This document shows, in pieces, positions 7,880 through 17,240 of a DNA stretch of 64,000 bases. The notes under the pieces were generated by a model that was not told the DNA's origin, did not search any database, and saw only the letters and a program-made list of their open reading frames with translations. The stretch spans positions 2,396-66,395 of the forward strand of contig JAFVAR010000052.1 in assembly GCA_017480425.1 (NCBI GenBank). The letters run 5' to 3'. Within the stretch, counting starts at the first letter, position 1. Each line of letters starts with the position of its first letter. Both the position numbers and the translations under genes were made by a program. The DNA is from a bacterium. Lineage in GTDB: Bacteria; Cyanobacteriota; Vampirovibrionia; Gastranaerophilales; Gastranaerophilaceae.

Positions 7880-10645
7880 ATGGTTAGAAATATTTCAGGG
7901 TTGAATAGTGTTCATTTTAGTGAAGGCAAAAGTATGCCTTCATTTAGAGCTGAAAATACTGGCAGCAACAGAGCTATAAACTCAATATCCAATATAACTT
8001 CGGATTTTAGCGTAAAAGTTCCGATTAAATATACTTTATTGAGCAAAGAAGAACTTCCAAACAGCCTTGTTCTGTATAATTATAAGCTTTCTAACGGTTA
8101 TAAAGTTTCAATAGTTCCAATGCAAGATTCTCCGTCCGTTGTCAAAACTTATGTTAACGTTGGTTCTCTCAATGAAACTCCTAACATAAAAGGTATCAGC
8201 CACTTTCTTGAACACATGGCATTCAATGGAACTAATGGAGAAGTGGGGCACATGAAACTCAAAACGGGAGACGCATTTAAAAAAATTGATGAACTTGGCG
8301 GTTGGGCAAATGCAAGTACAAATTATGCAATAACTGATTATGTAAATTCGGCACCATTATTGGAAGAAAGTGACTTAGCTACCCAAATAAAAGTCTTGGC
8401 ATCAATGACTGAAGACTTAAAACTTTCTGACGAAATGATAGAGAAGGAAAAAGGGCCTGTATCTTCCGAAATAAATATGATACTGGACAGCCCGCAGACA
8501 GTTGCAATGGATCAGACCGTAAGAAGCTTATATAATATTAAAAATCCTGCTGATGAACTTGTCGGAGGAAGCGTAAAGCACATTAAAAATCTTACACGCA
8601 AAGATGTTCTGGATTATTATAAAAAATACTATACGCCAGATAATATAAATATCGTTGTGACAGGTGACGTAAATCTTGATGAGGTTATGAAACTTATCTC
8701 GGAGAACTTTACATCTAAAAATATGCCGATAGGTAAAAGATATAACGAAAAATTAACGCCAATAAACAAAACTGTTAGAAAAGATTTTGTGAGTGACAAA
8801 GCAAAATCCGCAGAAATCGTATTGGGATTTCTCGGTCCTAAGAACAACAGTGTTAAAGAAAAAATATTATATCACATTGCTTCTTCTTATTTGCAATCTG
8901 AATCTACAGGATTGAATAAAAATCTCAAACCTTACCATGTGTCGCTAATTTTAGGAGATGAAAAAATCAGCACTCAACCCGAAGCAAATCGTTTTACATA
9001 CGCTGGTATAACTTCATCGGAAGAAAATACAGAAAAAGTATTGCAAACTATTTTCAATACAATAAACAACATAAAACCAATTTCGGAAGAAGAACTTGAC
9101 AGAATAAAAGAAGCAATAATATCTGCCAGAGAAGACAATTTTGAATTGTCAGAAAACGTAAATAATGTAATCGGAAATTCTATGCTTGACGGAAACCTTG
9201 ATTACACGACAAAATATAATGAAATTTTAGAAAACATAACATGTGAAGAAGTTGATTCTGCAATAAAACAATATTTCGACTTAAACAGAACCGCAATTAC
9301 GGTTGTTCATCCCGAAAAAGATAGAGTTGTTTCTTTCAAAGGCAAACGTATGCCAATAAACGAAGATTCTGTTAATAATCAAACCCTTAGCAACAATTTT
9401 GATGTTGGATTTTATAAGACAAACTCAAATAAAAAAGTATGCTTGATAAATTTCATTACTGATACCCCGTACGCTCAAAAAGCAGGTGTGAGAGAATTGC
9501 TCAATATCATGTATACAATGGGGACACAAAACCTCAGTGAAAATGAGTTGAACAAATTAAAAGAAAATTTAAACGTTAATATTCAAACAAAAACAGGAAA
9601 AAATGGACTTGAAATTGCTATTGAAGGAAACAAGAAAAATTACCCTATAGGCTTGGAAATTGTAAAAGATTTGATATACAATCCCGCACTAACTGAAGAA
9701 AATTTACAGCTTGCTAAAGCCAAATTAAGAGAAGGTTTAAAGCGGGCAGAAATAACTTCTGAATATCTTTACCGTAACGAATTTTATTCGAAATATGACA
9801 AAGATGCATTTTCTGTTGAAGACATCCTAAAAGAGCTTGACAATATTACTCTTAATGACATAAAAGATTTTCATAACTATATTTTAAATAATTCAAGAGG
9901 TGTAGTTTCTTCAAACATTTCTGATGAATATGAAAAAGAAAAGTTAGTTAATTTTATAAGCGGGTTTGAATCTGTCAAACCGAATAATCCTGTAGAAAAA
10001 AATATTTACAAAGATATAGAAAAGCCTGTCGTTTTAACAAGCATACAAAATAATTCTCAAGCTGATATAAAACAAGTTTATAACTTTAAGTTTGAAAATA
10101 ATATAAAAAACAAAATAACAAGCAAACTGATGAATTCTATACTTACAAATTCAAGCATTGGTTTATTTAATACACTGAGAGAACAAGAACACTTAGCTTA
10201 TTCTGTGTTTTCAGATGTTGCAACAACAGGAGATTTGGGCGAAATAAGCTTAAATATTCTTACGACTACTGATAATAAAGCAATTGACGAAAAAAACTAT
10301 CAAAATGTTCAACGCTCTATAGAAGGATTTAAGCGCCGTATAAATGAACTCGAAAATGGTAATTTTACGGAGCAAGACTTGGAGAATGCAAAACGCTCAC
10401 TAAAAGCTGTCTTGTTAAATAGTGAAATGACTGCACAAAAAGTTGAAAATATTCAGGAAGGACTTAGTTCAAAATACGGAATTAATTATTTGAATAAAGT
10501 GTATAATGAAATTGATGATATTACAAAAGATGATATTATAGACTTTGCCGCTAATGCATTTTCAGGTCAGCCTGTCTATGCAATTACCGCAACAAAAGAT
10601 ACACTCGAGGCAAATAAAGAATACCTGAGTAAACTCGGCGAATAA
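7880..10645 (+). CDS. M16 (insulinase/pitrilysin) family zinc peptidase with N-terminal extension
   Basis: GISHFLEHMAFNGT inverted HxxEH, NASTN, EKGPVSSE, LFNTLREQEHLAY; start moved to ATG 7880 (MVRNIS), which follows the TATATAG motif. Confidence 0.9.
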   Translation: MVRNISGLNSVHFSEGKSMPSFRAENTGSNRAINSISNITSDFSVKVPIKYTLLSKEELPNSLVLYNYKLSNGYKVSIVPMQDSPSVVKTYVNVGSLNETPNIKGISHFLEHMAFNGTNGEVGHMKLKTGDAFKKIDELGGWANASTNYAITDYVNSAPLLEESDLATQIKVLASMTEDLKLSDEMIEKEKGPVSSEINMILDSPQTVAMDQTVRSLYNIKNPADELVGGSVKHIKNLTRKDVLDYYKKYYTPDNINIVVTGDVNLDEVMKLISENFTSKNMPIGKRYNEKLTPINKTVRKDFVSDKAKSAEIVLGFLGPKNNSVKEKILYHIASSYLQSESTGLNKNLKPYHVSLILGDEKISTQPEANRFTYAGITSSEENTEKVLQTIFNTINNIKPISEEELDRIKEAIISAREDNFELSENVNNVIGNSMLDGNLDYTTKYNEILENITCEEVDSAIKQYFDLNRTAITVVHPEKDRVVSFKGKRMPINEDSVNNQTLSNNFDVGFYKTNSNKKVCLINFITDTPYAQKAGVRELLNIMYTMGTQNLSENELNKLKENLNVNIQTKTGKNGLEIAIEGNKKNYPIGLEIVKDLIYNPALTEENLQLAKAKLREGLKRAEITSEYLYRNEFYSKYDKDAFSVEDILKELDNITLNDIKDFHNYILNNSRGVVSSNISDEYEKEKLVNFISGFESVKPNNPVEKNIYKDIEKPVVLTSIQNNSQADIKQVYNFKFENNIKNKITSKLMNSILTNSSIGLFNTLREQEHLAYSVFSDVATTGDLGEISLNILTTTDNKAIDEKNYQNVQRSIEGFKRRINELENGNFTEQDLENAKRSLKAVLLNSEMTAQKVENIQEGLSSKYGINYLNKVYNEIDDITKDDIIDFAANAFSGQPVYAITATKDTLEANKEYLSKLGE

Positions 10646-10738
10646 CTTATGCGCTTAACAATATTAAGAATTATTAAATTTTTCCATCTTCCATTAGTTC
10701 AAATTTGTGTTAAAATATAATTGTGTGAAGGTGATTTT

Positions 10739-11236
10739 ATGGTCAATAGTGTTCAAGGCGGCGATTTAAACCCTCCCTCCTACGGTAGCATTATACGTAA
10801 AGGGACACTTCCTAACGGCAGAATCTCATATGCAGTAACCGATTCAGCAGGAAAACCTGCCGGAAGTTATTCTGTTCCCCAAAATCAATGTGATATTTTT
10901 GAAAAATCTTATTCTGATATTGTATCTTCAGCCTCCGAAATAAAACAATATGTGAATTCACACTCTTCCGTCGAATCAACAAAAAACCGTAAATTATTTT
11001 CCAACACACTCCTCGTATCTTGCAGCATAATAGGAGGTGCTATTCCTTTAATGTTGACTAAAAAATTTTCTATAGTAAAAAGAATTTTTGGAACAGCAGC
11101 CGGAATACTTACAGGACTTGCTACAGGTTTGGGATTGTCTTTAGAAATTATAACTCCTCCCGGAACATACAAATTTATGAGAGCAAAACACACACTTTCG
11201 TCAATTGATATTCAACCGATAAGAGAAGACGAGTAA
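10739..11236 (+). CDS. Hypothetical protein with C-terminal hydrophobic hairpin
   Basis: SD GAAGGTG before ATG 10739; two Gly-rich hydrophobic helices near the C-terminus. Confidence 0.6.
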   Translation: MVNSVQGGDLNPPSYGSIIRKGTLPNGRISYAVTDSAGKPAGSYSVPQNQCDIFEKSYSDIVSSASEIKQYVNSHSSVESTKNRKLFSNTLLVSCSIIGGAIPLMLTKKFSIVKRIFGTAAGILTGLATGLGLSLEIITPPGTYKFMRAKHTLSSIDIQPIREDE

Positions 11237-11372
11237 TAAAATTTGTAACTTTTTTATACAAATTTTATTCCCGCATTTACCGTTAATATGTTTTTGGTAT
11301 AATCATAATTGGAAATTAGTATAACTTAAATGGAAGCATACGGCTTTCGAGTAGCCGTAGAAAGAAGGAAAA

Positions 11373-13520
11373 ATGACAGTACCGGAAACAAAAAGTTTTC
11401 AGTTAGAAATCGGCGGTAAAACCGTCACAGTTGAGACAGGCAAGTATGCAAAGTCAACTAACGGAAGTGTTACAGTAAGATGCGGTGATACAATGTTATT
11501 TGTTCACTGTTGTGTTAGTAAAGAACCGAGAGTTGGTATAGACTTCTTCCCTTTACTTATTGATTATGAAGAGAGAATGTCTTCAATAGGACGTATCCCT
11601 GGCGGTTACAACCGTTCTGAGGGTAAAGCAAGCGATAAAGCTATCCTTATTTCTCGTTTGATTGACAGACCTATAAGACCTCTGTTCCCAAAAGGATACA
11701 GAAATGATATACAGATTGTAGCTCAATTATTCAGCTATGATCAGGAGAATCAGCCGGATACATTAGCAATGTTAGGTGCATCTTGTGCTTTAATGTTGTC
11801 AGGAGCTCCTTTTGAAGGACCAATCGGCGCAGTTCGTGTTTCAAAGGACGAAAACGGAAACATGATTGCTAACCCGACTCACCAGCAAGCTGACAAATCT
11901 GATTTGGATATTGTCGTTGCAGGTACTCATGATTCTGTAATCATGGTTGAAGCCGGATGTAAATTTGTAACAGAAGATGATATTATGAATGCTGTTGAAT
12001 TTGCACAGGTTGAAATAAGAAAACAATGTGAAGCTCAAGTGGAATTTGCAAAGGCGTGCGGTGTTGTTAAGGAAGAATTTGTTAATCCTTATGATACAAC
12101 AGAACTTAAGCAAATTATTGATGAAGTTGTTCATGATATGATTTTTGATGCATATCACAACTTTGACAGAGAGTACAGACAAAATAAATTGGAAGAAGCT
12201 AAAAAACTTGTTAAAGAAAAAGTCGAAGCGCTTCCTGATGATCACTATATTAAAACAATAATAGAAGAAACCGGCATAGACTTTGTTGCTGAAGAATTTA
12301 AGAATGCAGAAAAGAAAATTATGCGTGCAATGATTCTTGATGAAGGCGTTCGTGCAGACGGAAGAAAACCAACCGAAGTTCGTCCTATCTGGTGTGAAGT
12401 TGGTGTTATTCCGCGTGCTCACGGTTCAGCCGTATTCACAAGAGGTCAAACTCAAATATTATCTGTTGCAACCCTTGCTGGACCTGGTATGAAGCAAGAA
12501 CTTGACGGAGTCGATCCGGAAACAGAAAAAACATATATGCACAAATACATATTCCCGGGATTCTCAGTTGGTGAAGTAAAACCTTTAAGAGGACCGGGAA
12601 GAAGAGAAGTCGGTCACGGAAACTTAGCAGAAAGAGCTAACGTTCCGGCACTTCCAAGCCAAGAAGAATTTGGTTATACAATCCGTGTAACATCTGACGT
12701 ATTAGAATCTAACGGTTCTACTTCAATGGGTTCAACTTGCGGTTCATCAATGGCTCTTATGAATGCAGGTGTTCCTGTTAAATGCATGATTGGCGGTGTT
12801 GCAATGGGTATGATTACGGAACCCGGCAGAGAACCTGTTGTTTTAACAGATATTCAAGGCATTGAAGACTTCCTTGGAGATATGGACTTTAAAGTAACAG
12901 GCAATGATGACGGTATCACTGCTCTTCAAATGGATATGAAAGCAAAAGGTATTGCAAATGATACTTTAAGAAGAGCGCTTGCTCAAGCCAAAGAGGGCAG
13001 ATTGCATATCTTAGGTGAAATGAGAAAGGTTATTACCGAACCGGCAAAGGAACTTTCGCCATTTGCACCTGCAATAACAACAATGAATATTCCTGTTGAA
13101 GATATCGGAACAGTAATAGGACCCGGCGGAAAACAGATAAGAGCAATAATTGACGCATCAGGTGCCGAAATAGATATTCAAGATAACGGTGTAGTTACAA
13201 TTACTTCTAATGACCAAGAAGGTGCAGCAATTGCTAAGAAGATGATTAACGATCTTACATTTAAACCTGAAGTCGGTATGGTTATAAAAGGAAAAGTTGT
13301 AAGAATCATTCCTATCGGCGCTTTTGTCGAACTTGGCGGCGGAAAAGACGGTATGGTTCACATTTCTCAAATTTGCCAGGAAAGAATAGAAACCATTGAA
13401 CCGCATGTCAATATTGGAGACGAAGTAATTGTAAAAGTCATTAAAATAGATGACAAAGGCAGAATTAACCTTACAATTAAAGGTGTTACAGAAGAAGAAA
13501 AAGCTAAGGTTATTCAATAA
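11373..13520 (+). CDS. pnp: Polyribonucleotide nucleotidyltransferase (PNPase)
   Basis: DFFPLLIDYEE, RLIDRPIRPLF, HGSAVFTRGQTQ, ESNGSTSM, EDFLGDMDFK, KH and S1 domains. Confidence 0.98.
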   Translation: MTVPETKSFQLEIGGKTVTVETGKYAKSTNGSVTVRCGDTMLFVHCCVSKEPRVGIDFFPLLIDYEERMSSIGRIPGGYNRSEGKASDKAILISRLIDRPIRPLFPKGYRNDIQIVAQLFSYDQENQPDTLAMLGASCALMLSGAPFEGPIGAVRVSKDENGNMIANPTHQQADKSDLDIVVAGTHDSVIMVEAGCKFVTEDDIMNAVEFAQVEIRKQCEAQVEFAKACGVVKEEFVNPYDTTELKQIIDEVVHDMIFDAYHNFDREYRQNKLEEAKKLVKEKVEALPDDHYIKTIIEETGIDFVAEEFKNAEKKIMRAMILDEGVRADGRKPTEVRPIWCEVGVIPRAHGSAVFTRGQTQILSVATLAGPGMKQELDGVDPETEKTYMHKYIFPGFSVGEVKPLRGPGRREVGHGNLAERANVPALPSQEEFGYTIRVTSDVLESNGSTSMGSTCGSSMALMNAGVPVKCMIGGVAMGMITEPGREPVVLTDIQGIEDFLGDMDFKVTGNDDGITALQMDMKAKGIANDTLRRALAQAKEGRLHILGEMRKVITEPAKELSPFAPAITTMNIPVEDIGTVIGPGGKQIRAIIDASGAEIDIQDNGVVTITSNDQEGAAIAKKMINDLTFKPEVGMVIKGKVVRIIPIGAFVELGGGKDGMVHISQICQERIETIEPHVNIGDEVIVKVIKIDDKGRINLTIKGVTEEEKAKVIQ

Positions 13521-13528
13521 TAAAACAA

Positions 13529-13576
13529 TATAAAAGAATTCCGAATCTGCAAATACAGATTCGGAATTCTTTTATA
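13529..13576 (+). terminator. Intrinsic terminator after pnp
   Basis: Inverted repeat TATAAAAGAATTCCGAATCTG / CAGATTCGGAATTCTTTTATA. Confidence 0.85.
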
Positions 13577-13634
13577 AAAAAAATGGGCTTATTTCTAAGC
13601 CCAAAGTATATTTTGCTGTTTTGTCAGTGTCATA

Positions 13635-13874
13635 TTAAATATGTTTGATTTCTTCTATTACTTCTTTTTCAATTTCAGTTTTGTTATTGTTTAAGCAAAA
13701 GCACTTTACCGCAGCTTGAACTCTGTTTGAAACGTTTAATTTTCGGAATATTGAAGCAACATGTGCTTTAGTTGTGTGATTGGAAATACAAAGTTTATTT
13801 GATATTTCTACATTACTTAATCCTTTTAGCAATAAATATAAAACTTCAATTTCTCTCTTTGTAAACTTTTCCAT
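13635..13874 (-). CDS. Stand-alone LuxR/GerE-type HTH regulator
   Basis: FTKREIEVL..GLSNVEISNKLCISNHTTKAHVASIFRKLNVSNRVQA; own terminator at about 13576-13603. Confidence 0.9.
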   Translation of the reverse strand: MEKFTKREIEVLYLLLKGLSNVEISNKLCISNHTTKAHVASIFRKLNVSNRVQAAVKCFCLNNNKTEIEKEVIEEIKHI

Positions 13875-13969
13875 AACATTAAAAACCTCTGCTATATTAG
13901 TTTTTCTTCTTCACATAAACTTTTTTACTATATTCACAACCTGTTTTCCATTGGCTGACCGGCTGATAT

Positions 13970-14040
13970 TTTGTAAAGAAATGTAACGAATTTTATTGAT
14001 GCTGAAATTACCTATTTTTTAAATACTTTATATATATAAG
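13970..14040 (+). promoter_or_regulatory. HLR1-like direct repeat plus conserved bipartite promoter motif
   Basis: TTTGTAAA-GA-AATGTAAC (13970-87), 15 nt, TGAAATT (14003-09), 14 nt, TACTTTATATATATAAG (14024-40). Confidence 0.7.
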
Positions 14041-14063
14041 ATGTAATATAGGAAGCATGCAAG

Positions 14064-15320
14064 ATGACAAGCAATCTACAATCAGTTTTAAATCAAGCAA
14101 TGGCACAGCTTCAAGGCATGGACTTCGGGTCAGGCACATTCGGCACTCAAGGAAGCGGTTCCTCAAAATCTTCCTATGTTAATTCTATATTTGGACTTGT
14201 ACAGCAAGGTCAACAAGCTATTGAAGGAAATGATGAACAAAAAGCTCGCGCTACTGTTAATATTATACAAGGTCTGTTAAGCTTGATATCATTAGGCGGA
14301 AACCATCAAGCAGAAGCAAATCAAGAGGTTAACAGAAATTCACAAGATATAACAAACACAGAAAATGCAGCAGATAAAAAGGCTCAAGAAATCCAATCTA
14401 AAATAGAAGAAATCACAGATAATATAGCTTCAAATACACAAAATATTAATTCTGCGATTGAAGAAATTGAAAAATTAGGAGGAAATACATCTAAAATAAA
14501 GGAAATTCAAGAGCAAATTCTTGAACAGTTAGATATAATCGAACAAAATAAAAAAGATTTAAATACACCTGATAAAAAAGAACAAGCACTTGCTGCAATA
14601 TCAACAGCTGCTGCTACAATCAATGAATTAGTAAATTCTATGGGGCAAATGATTCTTGATATGCAAGCAGAAATTGAAAGTCAAAATGCCATTATTGATG
14701 AAAATGTTAACTCAATTTCAGGACTTATAACAGAATCTGCAGAAAAAATTTCAGAAGGCGCTACAGATATTCAAGCATATATAAAGAAAGATGCCGCAGC
14801 AGGAACAAAAGCGACGCAAATTACTACACAAGGTGGTACAGATGTTCCGACGGGAACAGCAGAAGTAACAGCCGGTGAAGCAATAAATTCAAACATTTTT
14901 TCTGCTACATTCTCAGGTGGCAAAGGCATTAAGTTAATAATGGATGGAAATCAACGTATCAGTGCCGGACAAACAAGAATTTCCGGTGGGGTTGCGAACT
15001 TATCTTCAGTAATGCAAGGCATCGGGAAAATGGGTAATGACATTTCATCATTGTCTGATTATGCAAATGCAATAGGAAAAATTGGCGAAGGCGCAATAGA
15101 TTTGGTTGGAGTGTACCAATCAAAACTTCAACCATTGATTGATTCATTGGGGAGTTACAACATGGAGGCTGTTGTAGCCGCAAATGAAGCGCTTCAATCA
15201 GAAGTAAAAGAATTGCAAAACGGTAACTTGCCTGAGAATGATAAAACTGAAAATGAGGGAGTTGAAGCAGCAGAAGAAGCTCCAATTAAAAAGCAATTTA
15301 AAGCAGCGTTTGGTCTATAA
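14064..15320 (+). CDS. Orphan coiled-coil protein with Gly/Ala-rich amphipathic C-terminal half (translocator-like)
   Basis: 418-aa ORF, Q/N/I/A-rich heptads, no Cys/Trp, no signal peptide. Confidence 0.6.
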   Translation: MTSNLQSVLNQAMAQLQGMDFGSGTFGTQGSGSSKSSYVNSIFGLVQQGQQAIEGNDEQKARATVNIIQGLLSLISLGGNHQAEANQEVNRNSQDITNTENAADKKAQEIQSKIEEITDNIASNTQNINSAIEEIEKLGGNTSKIKEIQEQILEQLDIIEQNKKDLNTPDKKEQALAAISTAAATINELVNSMGQMILDMQAEIESQNAIIDENVNSISGLITESAEKISEGATDIQAYIKKDAAAGTKATQITTQGGTDVPTGTAEVTAGEAINSNIFSATFSGGKGIKLIMDGNQRISAGQTRISGGVANLSSVMQGIGKMGNDISSLSDYANAIGKIGEGAIDLVGVYQSKLQPLIDSLGSYNMEAVVAANEALQSEVKELQNGNLPENDKTENEGVEAAEEAPIKKQFKAAFGL

Positions 15321-15418
15321 ATAATATCAATCAACCAAATAATTATCCATATTTATAGTTTATTGTATTATTAATTTGAGTTAAAATTATAATAGATAAG
15401 TTTAATAAAGGATTTTGG

Positions 15419-16285
15419 ATGATATACAATAACGTTTTGGAATTAATCGGGAATACACCGCTTGTTAAATATTCCGACAATATTTGTTTAAAGTTAGAAT
15501 ATTATAACCCTTCAAATTCCATAAAAGACAGAGCATCTTATTCAATGCTAAAATGTGCAATTGATAGAGGTGAAATTACAAAGGACACAATTATAATTGA
15601 ACCGACAAGCGGAAATACAGGTATAGGGCTAGCAATGTGTTGTGCAGTTCTTGGGTTGAAACTTATTATATGTATGCCGGAGAATATGTCCGAGGAAAGA
15701 AAAAAGACTATGCTTGCTTATGGAACAGAACTTGTTTTAACCCCAAAAGAAAAAGGTATGCAGGGAGCCGTTGATAAAGCATTGGAATTAAAAAATACAT
15801 TCCCAAAAAGTTTTATACCAATGCAATTTTCAAATCCTGACAATCCGAAAGCACATGAAAAAACTGCAAACGAAATAAAATCAGCAGTCGAAGGAAAAGA
15901 GGTTGTTATAGTTGCAGGAATAGGCACCGGCGGTACAGCATGCGGAATAAAGAAATTTTATCCCGAAGCAATAGTGTATGGAGTTGAACCGAAAGAAAGT
16001 CCGCTTTTTACCGAAGGTTTTGCAGGAGCGCATAAAATTCAGGGTATAGGGGCAAATTTTATACCTGAAATATGTAAGAATAATAATTTAGACGGAATAT
16101 TATCTGTGGATGGAAATAAAGCAATTGAATCAGCAAAGGATTTGGCAAAAAATCACGGCATATTTTGCGGAATTTCAGCAGGAGCAAATTTGTATGCTGC
16201 AAGGATTCTGGCAGAAAAGTATCCGCAGAGATTAATTGTATCGATTGTTCCTGACAGCGGTGAAAGATATCTTTCAGTTTGGTAA
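15419..16285 (+). CDS. cysK: Cysteine synthase (O-acetylserine sulfhydrylase)
   Basis: IGNTPLV, KLEYYNPSNSIKDR (PLP Lys), EPTSGNTGIGLA, GIGTGGT, PDSGERYLS. Confidence 0.95.
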   Translation: MIYNNVLELIGNTPLVKYSDNICLKLEYYNPSNSIKDRASYSMLKCAIDRGEITKDTIIIEPTSGNTGIGLAMCCAVLGLKLIICMPENMSEERKKTMLAYGTELVLTPKEKGMQGAVDKALELKNTFPKSFIPMQFSNPDNPKAHEKTANEIKSAVEGKEVVIVAGIGTGGTACGIKKFYPEAIVYGVEPKESPLFTEGFAGAHKIQGIGANFIPEICKNNNLDGILSVDGNKAIESAKDLAKNHGIFCGISAGANLYAARILAEKYPQRLIVSIVPDSGERYLSVW

Positions 16286-16318
16286 AAATTCAATATTAAA
16301 TATTAAGATGAGGATAAA

Positions 16319-16954
16319 ATGTTAATTCGTGCAATAAATAAAATAAAAGAAGATATAAAAACCATTTATGAAAAAGATCCTGCTGCAAATAATATTGCGG
16401 AAGTTATATTTTGTTATCCGGGTTTTCAAGCACTTTTAATGCATAGGATTGCACATAAACTCGCATATTGGAAAATACCTTTTTTGCCAAGATATATATC
16501 TTATTGGACAAGAATTTTTACAGGGATAGAAATTCATCCAAAAGCGTCAATTGGTAACCGCTTTTTTATTGATCACGGTGAAGGTGTTGTAATCGGAGAA
16601 ACTGCAATAATCGGAGATGATGTATTAATTTATCAGCAGGTTACACTTGGCGGAACAGGAAGCGAACAAGGAAAAAGACACCCTACGATTGGAAATAATG
16701 TAATTATAGGTGCAGGAGCAAAGGTATTGGGCAATATTACAATTGGTGATAATGTTCGTATAGGAGCGGGTTCTGTTGTCATTGAAGATGTTCCTTCAAA
16801 TAGTACTGTAGTAGGAGTTCCAGGAAGAGTTGTTCAGCAGCACTTTGTAACAGAAGAGGGGATTCTTATGCACAATAGAATTCCTGACCCTATCAGATGC
16901 GAATTAAACAGACTAAAATACGAACTGCAAGAAATTAAAGAAAAGAAGGCATAA
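16319..16954 (+). CDS. cysE: Serine O-acetyltransferase
   Basis: [32 protein letters not shown] hexapeptide repeats; adjacent to cysK. Confidence 0.96.
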   Translation: MLIRAINKIKEDIKTIYEKDPAANNIAEVIFCYPGFQALLMHRIAHKLAYWKIPFLPRYISYWTRIFTGIEIHPKASIGNRFFIDHGEGVVIGETAIIGDDVLIYQQVTLGGTGSEQGKRHPTIGNNVIIGAGAKVLGNITIGDNVRIGAGSVVIEDVPSNSTVVGVPGRVVQQHFVTEEGILMHNRIPDPIRCELNRLKYELQEIKEKKA

Positions 16955-17240
16955 CAGCAAAAATATCTAATTTCTGTTATATCAAATTATAACTTATTAC
17001 TGGTTTTATGGCATGCTTAATAAATTTTAATTTGTACAAACACAATAATAACAACATTAAAGCAACAATACTAATAATATTGCAAAATTTATTAACATGT
17101 GTTACAATAATTTATGTTGGTTGGGTAGTGTTATTCAACCTAATTTTTGATTGAATCTCATTGATAGGATTATTTAATTTATAGTAAATAGTAAGTATGT
17201 TTTATTTTATTGAAAAAGTAATGTTAAAGAGGCTTTTATT

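Noticed and set aside
11841-13517. Antisense ORFs of 193 and 119 aa inside pnp (and similar short antisense ORFs throughout the window)
   Set aside because: Typical antisense shadows of codon-biased genes; Phe/Asn-rich nonsense composition.
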